Below, in pieces: positions 49,415 through 59,280 of a stretch of 64,000 bases of DNA. The stretch is from the NCBI GenBank assembly GCA_963775575.1, contig CAVZJG010000003.1, forward strand, positions 492,963-556,962, written 5' to 3'. This DNA comes from an uncultured Alphaproteobacteria bacterium. Its GTDB lineage: Bacteria; Pseudomonadota; Alphaproteobacteria; Rhizobiales; Beijerinckiaceae. The notes beneath the pieces were generated by a model. That model was given only the letters and a program-made list of their open reading frames with translations, was not told the DNA's origin and ran no database searches. Made by a program: the position numbers and the translations under genes. How positions within the stretch are numbered: the stretch's first letter is position 1; the number at the start of each line of letters is the position of its first letter.

Positions 49415-49625
49415 ATCCCTTCGTGCCATCAAGGACCACAGCTCCCGTGCCATCGGGGACCCGATCCCCGTGCTATCGCGGACCGAATTCGGGCGAAAAG
49501 CCATGGCGCTCAATAGATTGCGGAGCCCGTAACTTATCTAACCTAGAATCCTTCGGATTCTTTCTAACGGAAAGCGCGTTCTTTGCCGTTGAGGACAATT
49601 GTCCGCCAGCAGCGGGGAGCGCGCC

Positions 49626-50264
49626 ATGATCGTCGCGCTCCTCAATCAGAAAGGCGGCGTCGGCAAGACGACGCTGGCGCTGCATCTCGCCGGCGAATGG
49701 GCTCGGCAGGGCAAGCGCGTCACCCTCATCGATGCGGACCCGCAAGGCTCGGCGCTCGACTGGTCCGAACAGCGCGCGAAAGAACGCCTCCCACGCCTGT
49801 TCGGCGTCATCGGCCTCGCTCGCGACACGCTCCACCGCGAGGCGCCGGAGATTGCGCGTGACGTCGATCATGTCGTGATCGACGGGCCGCCGCGTGTCGC
49901 ATCGCTGATGCGCTCGACATTGCTCGCGGCCGATCTGGTGCTGGTTCCCGCGCAACCGTCGCCCTTCGACGGCTGGGCTTCCGGCGAGACGCTGAAACTG
50001 ATCGACGAGGCGCGCATCTTCCGCTCCGAGCTCGCAGCGCGCTTCGTCCTCAATCGTTGCGCCATGCGCACCGTGATCGCACGCGAGACCGCCGCGGCGC
50101 TCGCCGATCATGAGCCGCCGGTGCTCGCTTCCCGCATCGGTCAGCGCGTCATCTTCGCCGACGCCGCACGCACCGGCCGGCTTGCCGGCGAGCTGGAGGC
50201 AGTCGGTCCCGCGACACGCGAGATCATGGCGCTCACCGCCGAAGTCGGGGCGCTCGCGCGATGA
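49626..50264 (+). CDS. parA: ParA-family partition ATPase
   Basis: MIVALLNQKGGVGKTTLALHLA (deviant Walker A). Confidence 0.9.
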   Translation: MIVALLNQKGGVGKTTLALHLAGEWARQGKRVTLIDADPQGSALDWSEQRAKERLPRLFGVIGLARDTLHREAPEIARDVDHVVIDGPPRVASLMRSTLLAADLVLVPAQPSPFDGWASGETLKLIDEARIFRSELAARFVLNRCAMRTVIARETAAALADHEPPVLASRIGQRVIFADAARTGRLAGELEAVGPATREIMALTAEVGALAR

Positions 50265-50515
50265 GCGGCCGCGATTCCAAACGCGCCTTCGTCGCGCGGC
50301 CGACCGACCCGGAGGCATGGGTTCGGCGACCCGATCCGGTCGCAACGAACGACGGCAAGGGCGACGTGTTCACGGCCCAACTCACCATCGACGTCACTCC
50401 AGAGCTGCGCGGGCGCATCAAGGTCGTCGCCTTCCAGCGCGGGGTGACCGTCGCCGACATGCTGCGCGAGCTCTTCGCGCGCGAATTCCCGGACAAAGCA
50501 GGAGGCGCGTCGTGA
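50261..50515 (+). CDS. ribbon-helix-helix partition/regulatory protein
   Basis: 84 aa. The C-terminal part LTIDVTPELRGRIKVVAFQRGVTVADMLRELF is RHH-like. Overlaps the parA stop. Confidence 0.6.
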   Translation: MSGRDSKRAFVARPTDPEAWVRRPDPVATNDGKGDVFTAQLTIDVTPELRGRIKVVAFQRGVTVADMLRELFAREFPDKAGGAS

Positions 50516-50988
50516 GCGATATCGCTGCGAACTTTACTCACGTCGAACTCACCTGGCTCGAGAAGCGGATCGAGCACTGGATCAGGTTCGGCAAAATTGT
50601 CTCCGACAAGATCCTCGATCGCCACCGGCGCATCGTCAGCTTCGCGCCTGGCAGCATTTTCGCCTTCGTCCGCTGGGCGTCGAACGACTTCGGCACCGTC
50701 GTTTCGCGCATCGATGTCATACGCGCGGTCGCGCCGGGCGAAGCGTTCTCGACCCTGCCTTTCGTCCGCCCCGGCGGCGACATCCTTCTGCGCACCGCCG
50801 GCTGGCCCAAGGTCGAACGCGTGCTCCAGACGATCGACGCCATGGAGGCCGCTGGCATCGATCCCAGCGACGCCGCGCCCGACCACTGGCGACATGTCCA
50901 CAACCGCCTGACCGCCGGCGAGGAGCCGCGGCCTTACACGCCGGCTCGCCACAACGCCTGGCTTCTTCGGCAGAGAGCGGGCGCATGA
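50512..50988 (+). CDS. DUF2840-like protein
   Basis: The GTG start overlaps the upstream stop (GTGA), with AGGAGG 6 nt upstream. Its position matches Tn4371-type backbones. Confidence 0.6.
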   Translation: MSDIAANFTHVELTWLEKRIEHWIRFGKIVSDKILDRHRRIVSFAPGSIFAFVRWASNDFGTVVSRIDVIRAVAPGEAFSTLPFVRPGGDILLRTAGWPKVERVLQTIDAMEAAGIDPSDAAPDHWRHVHNRLTAGEEPRPYTPARHNAWLLRQRAGA

Positions 50989-51500
50989 CCGGCCGCGCCG
51001 CCATGCTCGTCGCCACGGTGTTGGGCGTCTCCGCCGCCGCGCTTCCGTCCGCAATCGACCGGTGTCCACGGTTCATCTGGAACGCGAGCGCGAGCGCGCC
51101 GATCGGTCTTTATATCGTCGGGCGAGCGACCCAAATCCAGATCGATGATTTGGTGGTCGTCACGCCGCCCGAAGACGTCGCGGCGTTCCTTGCCGATGGC
51201 GGATACCTGCCGCGCGGCGTGCCGCTGTTGAAGCGCGTTCTGGCGCTCCCCGGTCAAACCGTCTGCCGTATCGGCCGCACGATCACCGTCAATTCCATAG
51301 CGGTCGGAGACGCGCGCGAGCGCGACAGCCATGGCCGCGCGCTACCCCTTTGGCAAGGCTGTCGCGTCGTCGCCGAAGGCGACGTCTTCCTCATGAACCG
51401 ACAGTCCGCCAACTCCTTTGACGGTCGGTATTTCGGGCCGCTGCCCATCGCCTCTGTCGTTGGCCGCGCGAAGCCACTTTGGATCGTCAGGGAGGACTGA
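50985..51500 (+). CDS. traF: S26-family signal peptidase-like conjugal transfer protein TraF
   Basis: IWNASASAPIGLY...LLKRVLALPGQ...SFDGRYFGP. Confidence 0.85.
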   Translation: MTGRAAMLVATVLGVSAAALPSAIDRCPRFIWNASASAPIGLYIVGRATQIQIDDLVVVTPPEDVAAFLADGGYLPRGVPLLKRVLALPGQTVCRIGRTITVNSIAVGDARERDSHGRALPLWQGCRVVAEGDVFLMNRQSANSFDGRYFGPLPIASVVGRAKPLWIVRED

Positions 51501-51661
51501 CCATGCCGCCGCTCTGCGAAGCTTACGTCCCTCTTCCGATCGATCGGGAATCGAACCCCTCCTCCGTCCCGGCCAAGATCGACACCGCCGTTACGCACGG
51601 CGGTCGTCCTGGACGAACGCCCAGCCGGCGCATCAACCACTCACTCAGACCGGGCGCTAGC

Positions 51662-52411
51662 ATGGCCGCGCGTTTGCCATCGCTCTGGGAAATCATGTTC
51701 ATCGCATCGATCTATGCGACATCAATGATGTTGGCGAGCGGCACAGCCCACGCCGAGCCGGCGTCCCCGACGTCGCGAACGACGTCGATACATCCCACCG
51801 ATCGCTTCGCGGATTTTATTACCGAAGCGTCGCGTCGGTTTGACGTGCCGGCGCATTTGTTACGCGCTGTGATGCATCTCGAGAGTGGCGCCCATGCGCG
51901 AGCCTTGTCGCCCAAAGGCGCCATGGGCCTGATGCAGATCATGCCCGCGACCTACGCCACGTTGCGCGCCCGCTATGCTCTCGGCGCAAACCCCTGCGAT
52001 CCACGCGACAACATATTGGCCGGCGCCGCGTATCTTCGCGAGATGCTTGATCGCTACGGCGCGTCGGGATTCCTCGCGGCCTACAATGCGGGACCGCGTC
52101 GATACGAGGAGCATCTGCGCACCGGTCGACCGCTGCCCATCGAGACTCAGCAATACGTCGCAATGCTGGCGCCGATCATCGGCGGCAGACAGTTCGACGA
52201 TAGGCCTCTCGTCGTCGCTGACGCCGCCGCTTGGCTGCGAGCGCTGCTGTTCCCCGTGCAGGCCGAGAGCGAGCCAGCCGACGATCGGTCATCACCCACA
52301 TTGCAGCCGGAACGCAGACCGACCGACCGCGCAATTGTCGATCTGTCGGGCCTCGCGCCACAGTCGGGCGACCTCTTCGTGCGTCGCATCGCGGCGCTTC
52401 GGCCGCAATGA
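51662..52411 (+). CDS. lytic transglycosylase (SLT domain)
   Basis: Signal peptide, then VMHLESGAHARALSPKGAMGLMQIMPAT...AYNAGP. Confidence 0.85.
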   Translation: MAARLPSLWEIMFIASIYATSMMLASGTAHAEPASPTSRTTSIHPTDRFADFITEASRRFDVPAHLLRAVMHLESGAHARALSPKGAMGLMQIMPATYATLRARYALGANPCDPRDNILAGAAYLREMLDRYGASGFLAAYNAGPRRYEEHLRTGRPLPIETQQYVAMLAPIIGGRQFDDRPLVVADAAAWLRALLFPVQAESEPADDRSSPTLQPERRPTDRAIVDLSGLAPQSGDLFVRRIAALRPQ

Positions 52412-52658
52412 TTCAAATCGCACTTCCTCGCAGCTTGTCGGGGATCATCGCATGTTCGGCGGCGGGGCATCGGGAGCTCGGGGACACGGGCCACGGACGG
52501 CAAGATAAAAGCGCCGACTGGCGTCGGACGCATGTGGTTGGTTGGGTTGGATATTTTTGGCGTCGGAGCAACAGGGCCTGCTGGCGCTTGCGGCAAAAAT
52601 TCCAACAATCTCAATCCTTCGAGCGCCATCGCGCGGATTTGACAATGGTCCCACGACC

Positions 52659-54413
52659 ATGACGACCCGTGACGACGAGTTCCACATCCAGCCCGGCCGC
52701 ATCCGACACGGCGCCCAGGGGGCCAAGCGTCCGAAGTCGTTTGTCGGCGAGGCGATGCGGGCGGCCAAGAAGGCCGGCCACACGGGGAAGAACTTCGGCC
52801 GAACCACCGGCGGCAAGCAGCGCTCGACCTTCGGCCGAGGACGCAGCGCCGCTCTCGCCCTGTCATCGCGATCACGCGCCCGGCGTGTCGTCGTCATGGC
52901 CCGGATCGTACGCCACCACGGCAAGCGATTCGCCTCGGCGCCGCTGACAAGGCACATCGCTTATCTCAAGCGCGAGGGAGTAACGCGGGACGGAACGGAC
53001 GCACGGATGTTTGGCGCGGACTCCGATGCGGCCGATACGCAAGCCTTCGCCGAGCGATGCGAAAATGACCGGCATCATTTCCGGTTCATTGTTTCTCCAG
53101 AAGACGCCGCCGAGCTCGAGAGCGTTGGCGCCTTCACGCGCGAACTGATGGCGGATGCCGAGCGGGACCTCGCAACGAAGCTCGACTGGGTCGCTGTGGA
53201 CCACTGGAACACCGACAATCCGCACGTCCATCTCCTGATCCGCGGTCGCGCCGACGACGGCCAGGACCTCGTCATCAGTCGCGACTACATCAGTCGGGGC
53301 TTCCGCGATCGCGCCGCCGAGCGCGTCTCCTTGGAGCTCGGCCCGCGCAGCGAGCAGGAAATCCGATCGTCCCTGGAGAAGGAAGTCGAGGCCGAGCGCT
53401 GGACCAGCCTCGATCGGGCGCTGCGGAACATCGCCGACGACTGCGCCGGCGTCGCGAATCTACGACTTGGCGCGTCGGACGAAGACCCCGAGCTGCGCCG
53501 GCTTATGCTAGGCCGCGCGGCAAAGCTCGAACGGCTCGGGCTCGCCGAGAAAGTCGGCACGGCGTGTTGGACGTTGAAGCCCGGCGCCGAGCAGACGCTG
53601 CGCGACCTTTCAATCCGCGGCGACATCATCAAAACCATGCACCGCGCGATGATCGGCGCCGGCCGTGAACCGGATGTCTCCGGCTTCGCCTTGCACGGCG
53701 ATGACCCAGCCGCTCCTGTCCTCGGCCGGCTGGTCGCGCGCGGGCTGCACGACGAGCTGAAGGGATCGGCATACACGATTGTCGAGGGCGTCGATGGCCG
53801 GACCCATCATCTGCGCTTTCCCGACTTGGAAATGACCGGCGACGCCAGACCCGGCGCGATCGTCGAGGCGCGATCGTATGAAGATGCGAGCGGGCGGAAG
53901 CGGCTGTCCCTTGCTACGCGTTCGGACCTCGCTATTGAGGCGCAGGTCACCGCGTCAGGCGCGACCTGGATCGACCGTCAGCTTCTCGCGCGCGAACCGG
54001 CGAACAGCGGCGGAGGATTCGGCGCCGAAGTTCGCGAGGCAATGGAGCGTCGTGTCGATCACCTCGTTGAGGAGGGCATGGCGCGCCGGCAGGGCCAGCG
54101 GGTCGTATTCGCGCGCGATCTGCTCGACACCCTGAAGCAGCGCGAGCTGGGCGAGGCATCTGCAAAACTCGCGGCTGAAACCGGCCTCGCGCATCGCCCG
54201 TCTGCCGAAGGCGAGCACGTCGCCGGCGTCTATCGCCAGCGTGTCACGCTCGCCTCGGGGCGGTTCGCCATGATCGATGATGGTCTCGGTTTCCAGCTCG
54301 TGCCCTGGCGGCCCGCGCTGGAGCGGCAACTCGGAAGAGAAGTTTCAGGCGTAATGGCGCCCGGTGGAACGGTTGAATGGAATTTTGGGCGCAGAAGGGG
54401 AATAGGAATGTGA
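52659..54413 (+). CDS. relaxase/mobilization nuclease (RlxS-like, DUF3363)
   Basis: HIAYLKREGV..., HFRFIVSPED, HWNTDNPHVHLLIRG (histidine triad). Confidence 0.85.
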   Translation: MTTRDDEFHIQPGRIRHGAQGAKRPKSFVGEAMRAAKKAGHTGKNFGRTTGGKQRSTFGRGRSAALALSSRSRARRVVVMARIVRHHGKRFASAPLTRHIAYLKREGVTRDGTDARMFGADSDAADTQAFAERCENDRHHFRFIVSPEDAAELESVGAFTRELMADAERDLATKLDWVAVDHWNTDNPHVHLLIRGRADDGQDLVISRDYISRGFRDRAAERVSLELGPRSEQEIRSSLEKEVEAERWTSLDRALRNIADDCAGVANLRLGASDEDPELRRLMLGRAAKLERLGLAEKVGTACWTLKPGAEQTLRDLSIRGDIIKTMHRAMIGAGREPDVSGFALHGDDPAAPVLGRLVARGLHDELKGSAYTIVEGVDGRTHHLRFPDLEMTGDARPGAIVEARSYEDASGRKRLSLATRSDLAIEAQVTASGATWIDRQLLAREPANSGGGFGAEVREAMERRVDHLVEEGMARRQGQRVVFARDLLDTLKQRELGEASAKLAAETGLAHRPSAEGEHVAGVYRQRVTLASGRFAMIDDGLGFQLVPWRPALERQLGREVSGVMAPGGTVEWNFGRRRGIGM

Positions 54414-54655
54414 TTGGTGTCGAATTGGGGAAACGAACGGTGGCCCGAGCCTCCGGCCCCGGGGTGGTTGACTGCTGCGCCTGACCCCGAGCGGCCTATT
54501 GCGACCTGAGCCGCGAGCGTCCGGGCTGGGTGCAGGCTATGTGAATGCGAATCGGCCCCGCAACTCGACCCCGATCGAGTCAATTATTTCAATTATTGCG
54601 CCGATCGGCGTTGGAACCCCGCACGTTTCACACGCTGGGCGGCCATGGCTGCGCG

Positions 54656-56500
54656 TTACCGCGCGAAGGCGGCGGATCGCTCGGTCACGATGGCGATCAC
54701 CTTGTCTTGCGCGGCTCGGGCACTGTCCGATCGACCCGCAAAATCGGGCAGGCGCAACGATGCGGCGCGCGCCGCGAGACGCGACGCAAGCTCAACCACC
54801 GTCGCCTCGGCTTCGCCCGTCGGCAGACCGATCGTGCGCGCCAGTGCGAGGAAGTCTTGCAGGCTCAGCCGGTCGTCCTTGCCATTGAGCTTCAACGCCA
54901 TCCGGTCCCCGCCCAACCCCGGAAAGACGCGCGTGGTGACGGCGTCATAGAGCGGCGCAAACCGGACGGACGTGAACGCTTTGGCTCCAGCGTCGGCCGT
55001 TTTGAGCATGGCGAGGTTCTTAAGGTGCATGTCGCCATCAGCAATCAGCCAGGCGAAGACGGCCCGCTTAAACAGGATTTCAAGGTCAGCCGCAGGTTCG
55101 GTCGACAGCGGCCGCAGGCCCCTGGCAATGCGTTCGATCGTGCCGTCGTATTTTGCCGAAGCCGGAAGATCCAGGATCGAGCAGAAGTCCTCCAGCGCAA
55201 GGCGGCGTTGGTCCTTGGGACCGCGCCGGATGTCGAAACGCTCGACCACCAGCGCCGGCGACATGCCATCGGGCATTTCAATGAGCGCCGCTGCCGGGGC
55301 GTCAAAACCGGCCGCACGTCCGAACTCGAGACAGAGCCACTCCACGACGGGCAACGCCGCGAACCCGGCCGTACCGGCCGGTTTGAGAATGTGCGTGAAC
55401 GGCTGGTCGATGGCCGGGACGAGAGCGCCGTCGGCGGCAAGGCTCATCGGCGCCTTGATCTGGACGCCCGACAGGCGGGGCGTCTCGGCGCGCGCGAAGA
55501 TGCGCGCGAGATTCTGCTCGAAAGTCTCCTCGATCTCCCCGCGCGCCGGTCCGGCATAGCGTCCGGTGAACCGGCCTGCATCGGTGAAGGCAGCGAGCGG
55601 CGCGGCGAGGACGTCGGCCGGCAACGCGGCCAGTTCCTCGCGGCTTTCGACGATGGCGATGTTCGACATATAGCGCCGGCCGCGGCGAAGCGCCTCGCGT
55701 TCGTCGCGTTCATGCAGAACCTGCGCGAGCCAGCCTTCGGGCAGGAGCGACTCGATGAAGGCCGGAAGCTTTCCCGGCGTGGTCTCCCGCACCAGCGCCG
55801 GCCCAACGCGCTTTTGCGGTTTCCATCGCCATTCGAAACCGTCATGCGTCAGCCGTCCGAGCGGGTCGCCGTGCCAGGCGACGAGAAGGTCGAGCGCCGC
55901 CTTGTTGACTGGAGCCTTGGCCGTTCCCGGCTGGGCCAGGAGGTAGCGCTCGGCGCCCTCGCCTTCGCGATACCAAGCATTCTCGCGAGCCAGCGCCCAG
56001 ACCGCGCCGGCCGCAGCCTGCGGGGACCCATGCTCTTCGACCAGACGCGCCGCCATCTGAGTTCGCATGTCCACGGTGACCGCGCTGGCGTGCTCACTCC
56101 TCAGCCGAAAGGCTTCCAGGAATCGCTGGCGCGGCGACGACACATCGATACGCAACTCCCCCAGATCGTCGCCGATCACCGCTATCGCCGTCGACGGATG
56201 CGGCGGCGCCTCGTTCTGGACGATCTCAAGGGTGCGCAGGCGGGTGCGTTGATTGCGCCGGCCGCTAATGAAAAGTCTTCCGTCCGGCGTGGGCGCCAGG
56301 AGAACCGCGCTCGCGGACGACAAATAGGCCTTTGGGTAGAGATAATGGGCGATGCGGACGGCATGGCCGAGGATCGCGGCCTCCGCGTCCCCGTCGTGAT
56401 CGACATAAACGCCGCGGACAAGCTGGATCAGCTCGCCCGCTTGGGCCCGAAGGTGCGCCCGCTTGGCGTCGATGGTTTCGCCGACAAGATGGATGGTCAT
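54656..56500 (-). CDS. HipA-family Ser/Thr kinase fused to an AbiEi-like N-terminal domain
   Basis: The C-terminal ~400 aa carry LLPEGW, SGVQIKAPM, DGDMHLKNLAML and FAPLYDAVTT (HipA N-terminal plus kinase core). The N-terminal ~230 aa carry AGELIQLVRGVYVD...AYLSSASAVLL, like AbiEi antitoxin domains. Start at 56500, alternative 56515. Confidence 0.8.
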   Translation of the reverse strand: MTIHLVGETIDAKRAHLRAQAGELIQLVRGVYVDHDGDAEAAILGHAVRIAHYLYPKAYLSSASAVLLAPTPDGRLFISGRRNQRTRLRTLEIVQNEAPPHPSTAIAVIGDDLGELRIDVSSPRQRFLEAFRLRSEHASAVTVDMRTQMAARLVEEHGSPQAAAGAVWALARENAWYREGEGAERYLLAQPGTAKAPVNKAALDLLVAWHGDPLGRLTHDGFEWRWKPQKRVGPALVRETTPGKLPAFIESLLPEGWLAQVLHERDEREALRRGRRYMSNIAIVESREELAALPADVLAAPLAAFTDAGRFTGRYAGPARGEIEETFEQNLARIFARAETPRLSGVQIKAPMSLAADGALVPAIDQPFTHILKPAGTAGFAALPVVEWLCLEFGRAAGFDAPAAALIEMPDGMSPALVVERFDIRRGPKDQRRLALEDFCSILDLPASAKYDGTIERIARGLRPLSTEPAADLEILFKRAVFAWLIADGDMHLKNLAMLKTADAGAKAFTSVRFAPLYDAVTTRVFPGLGGDRMALKLNGKDDRLSLQDFLALARTIGLPTGEAEATVVELASRLAARAASLRLPDFAGRSDSARAAQDKVIAIVTERSAAFAR

Positions 56501-56504
56501 CGGA

Positions 56505-56588
56505 TTATCTCGCATCTCAGATGCGCGTTGATCCTGCTCCAGGCTTAAACAGTCAAGAATTATCTCGCATCTGAGATACGAGATATTG
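56505..56588. promoter_or_regulatory. two copies of the TTATCTCGCATCT(C/G)AGAT operator-like palindrome upstream of or over the hipA-like start
   Basis: The copies lie at 56505-56522 and 56560-56577. The distal copy is part of a 13-bp-arm palindrome TATCTCGCATCT-G-AGATACGAGATA. Confidence 0.55.
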
Positions 56589-56705
56589 CCGTCATCACGC
56601 TGACCCACAAGCCGTCCGAATCCTTCGCCGCCCTATCCTGAAACGCGCCCGCCAGCAATTCGGGCTTGAACGCGCCATAGAAGGGTCTCTTGATCCCCCT
56701 GCGCC

Positions 56706-58691
56706 ATGAATGCGACGAAAATCCTCTGGGGCCAGGTGCTCCTTGTCAGCGCCGTCGTGCTCGCCTTCCTGTGGGCGGCGACGGAGTGGACAGCGTGGCG
56801 GCTCGGCTTCCAACCACAGCTCGGGCGCCCTTGGTTCGAGCTGTTCGGCTGGCCCTTCTACCATCCACCCGCCTTCTTCTGGTGGTGGTTCGCGTTTGAC
56901 GCTTACGCGCGGGGCATCTTCGTCGAGGGCGCCTATATCGCGGCGTCCGGCGGAATCGCCGCAGTCGTTGTGGCCGTCGCGTTGTCGGTGTGGCGCGCGC
57001 GGGACGTCAAACGGGTCACGACCTACGGCTCCGCACGCTGGGCCGAGGCGCGTGAAGTCCGCGAGGCCGGCCTACTTGATCACGATGGCGTGCTTCTCGG
57101 CCGTTGGCGCGGCGACTACCTGCGCCACGATGGCCCCGAGCACGTGCTTTGCTTCGCGCCGACCCGGAGCGGCAAGGGCGTCGGCCTGGTCGTGCCGACG
57201 CTGCTGACCTGGCCGGGCTCGGCGATCGTTCACGACATCAAGGGCGAGAACTGGTCGCTGACCGCCGGATGGCGGGCGCGGTTCGGCCGCGTGCTGCTTT
57301 TCGATCCGACCAATGCGCAGAGCGCCGCCTACAATCCTTTGCTTGAAGTGCGCCGCGGCGAATGGGAGGTGCGCGACGTCCAGAACATCGCGGATGTGCT
57401 GGTCGATCCGGAAGGCGCGCTGGAACGGCGGAACCATTGGGAGAAAACCAGCCATTCGCTGCTGGTCGGCACGATCCTGCATGTCCTCTACGCCGAGCCC
57501 GACAAGACGCTCGCCGGCGTCGCCAGTTTCCTCTCCGATCCCAAGCGCCCGATCGAGACGACGTTGCGCGCGATGATGACGACGCCGCATCTGGGCGAAC
57601 GCGGCGTGCATCCCGTCGTCGCCAGCGCCGCGCGCGAGCTTCTGAACAAGAGTGAGAACGAACGATCTGGCGTGCTGTCGACCGCCATGTCGTTCCTTGG
57701 CCTCTATCGCGATCCCGTGGTAGCGGCCGTGACGCGCCAGTGCGATTGGCGCATCCGCGATCTTGTCGAAGACGCTCGGCCCGCGACCCTCTACCTCGTC
57801 GTGCCGCCCTCGGACATCAGCCGCACCAAGCCGCTCATTCGGCTGATCCTCAACCAAATTGGCCGACGGTTGACGGAAGAACTGGAGTCGAAGCGACGGC
57901 GCCATCGCCTGCTGCTGATGCTCGACGAATTTCCGGCGCTGGGCCGCCTCGATTTCTTCGAGAGCGCGCTGGCCTTCATGGCTGGCTACGGCCTGAAGAG
58001 TTTCCTCATCGCACAGTCGCTGAACCAGATCGAGAAAGCCTACGGCCAGAACAACTCCATCCTCGACAACTGCCATGTGCGCGTGAGCTTCGCGACCAAC
58101 GATGAGCGGACCGCCAAGCGCGTGTCCGACGCGCTCGGCGCCGCCACCGAGATGCGCGCGATGAAGAACTATGCCGGCCATCGCCTGAGCCCGTGGCTCG
58201 GCCACCTGATGGTGTCGCGCCAGGAAACCGCGCGACCGCTGCTGACGCCAGGCGAGGTCATGCAGCTCCCCCATGACGACGAACTGGTGCTGGTCTCCGG
58301 CTGTCATCCGATCCGCGCCAAGAAGGCGCGCTACTTCGAGGACCCGCAATTGCAGTCGCGCATTCTACCGCCGCCCAAGTGGTCCCGCGCGATCGAAGCC
58401 GTCAGCCAACCCGGCCCAGCGCGTCCAGCGCGCAGCGACGATTGGGCGGAGTCGATCGTGGCGCCGCCACCGGCGCAGATCGAAGATCCGGACAATTCCG
58501 GCATCCGCCGCGAACCCGAACTCCCCGCGCATGAGGAGATCGTTCCCGAGCCACGTCAGCCCGCACAGGAGTTCGAATTGGGGGAAGACGAACCGGACGA
58601 CGATGCGCAGCGCCTTCGCGTGATGCAGCGGCAGGTCCGCACGATCGCCCGGCAGGTCTCGCTCGATCCTGCCGACGACATGGGGCTGTGA
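56706..58691 (+). CDS. traG: type IV coupling protein TraG/VirD4
   Basis: 661 aa with N-terminal TM segments and FAPTRSGKGVGLVVP (Walker A). Confidence 0.93.
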   Translation: MNATKILWGQVLLVSAVVLAFLWAATEWTAWRLGFQPQLGRPWFELFGWPFYHPPAFFWWWFAFDAYARGIFVEGAYIAASGGIAAVVVAVALSVWRARDVKRVTTYGSARWAEAREVREAGLLDHDGVLLGRWRGDYLRHDGPEHVLCFAPTRSGKGVGLVVPTLLTWPGSAIVHDIKGENWSLTAGWRARFGRVLLFDPTNAQSAAYNPLLEVRRGEWEVRDVQNIADVLVDPEGALERRNHWEKTSHSLLVGTILHVLYAEPDKTLAGVASFLSDPKRPIETTLRAMMTTPHLGERGVHPVVASAARELLNKSENERSGVLSTAMSFLGLYRDPVVAAVTRQCDWRIRDLVEDARPATLYLVVPPSDISRTKPLIRLILNQIGRRLTEELESKRRRHRLLLMLDEFPALGRLDFFESALAFMAGYGLKSFLIAQSLNQIEKAYGQNNSILDNCHVRVSFATNDERTAKRVSDALGAATEMRAMKNYAGHRLSPWLGHLMVSRQETARPLLTPGEVMQLPHDDELVLVSGCHPIRAKKARYFEDPQLQSRILPPPKWSRAIEAVSQPGPARPARSDDWAESIVAPPPAQIEDPDNSGIRREPELPAHEEIVPEPRQPAQEFELGEDEPDDDAQRLRVMQRQVRTIARQVSLDPADDMGL

Positions 58692-58697
58692 GCGGAA

Positions 58698-59138
58698 ATG
58701 CGCACCAAGCATACTTTCCGCCTGCCGCCGGATCTCGCCGGCAAGCTTACCGACTACGCCGCCAGGAAGCGGATCCCGCAGGCGCTGGTCGTGGAGACGG
58801 CGCTGGCCTCGCATTTATCTCCCGACGGCGCCGATCGGTTGGAAGCCGCGCTCGCCCGGCGGCTCGATCGCATGACTCGGCAGATCGAGCGGCTCGAACG
58901 GCACGTCACCATCTCGAACGAGGCGCTGGCGCTGTTCGTGCGCTTCTGGCTGACCAGCACCCCGCCCTTGCCGGATACCGCCCAAGCGGCGGCGCAGGCG
59001 AAGGGCCGGGAGCGCTATGACGCCTTCGTCGAGGCCTTGGGTCGACGACTGGCGCGCGGTCGAACGCTCGCCGATGAGATCGTGTCCGACGTCGACGCCG
59101 CCGGCTTGGCCAAGACCCCGGAGAACCCGAAGTCATAA
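58698..59138 (+). CDS. CopG/ribbon-helix-helix family protein
   Basis: TFRLPPDLAGKLTDYAARKRIPQALVVETALASHL. Confidence 0.7.
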   Translation: MRTKHTFRLPPDLAGKLTDYAARKRIPQALVVETALASHLSPDGADRLEAALARRLDRMTRQIERLERHVTISNEALALFVRFWLTSTPPLPDTAQAAAQAKGRERYDAFVEALGRRLARGRTLADEIVSDVDAAGLAKTPENPKS

Positions 59139-59280
59139 GTATCGACTTCGCCGTTTCCCTGTCTTTCTACGCCACAGCCTTACGATCCCATCAAGCTTGT
59201 TGCGCTTGCCCGGTTCCCGCTCTTTCTAATCGACCCCGCTGATCCATCCGCCTCGATGAGGCGAGTTTGCGGGGCGCGTA

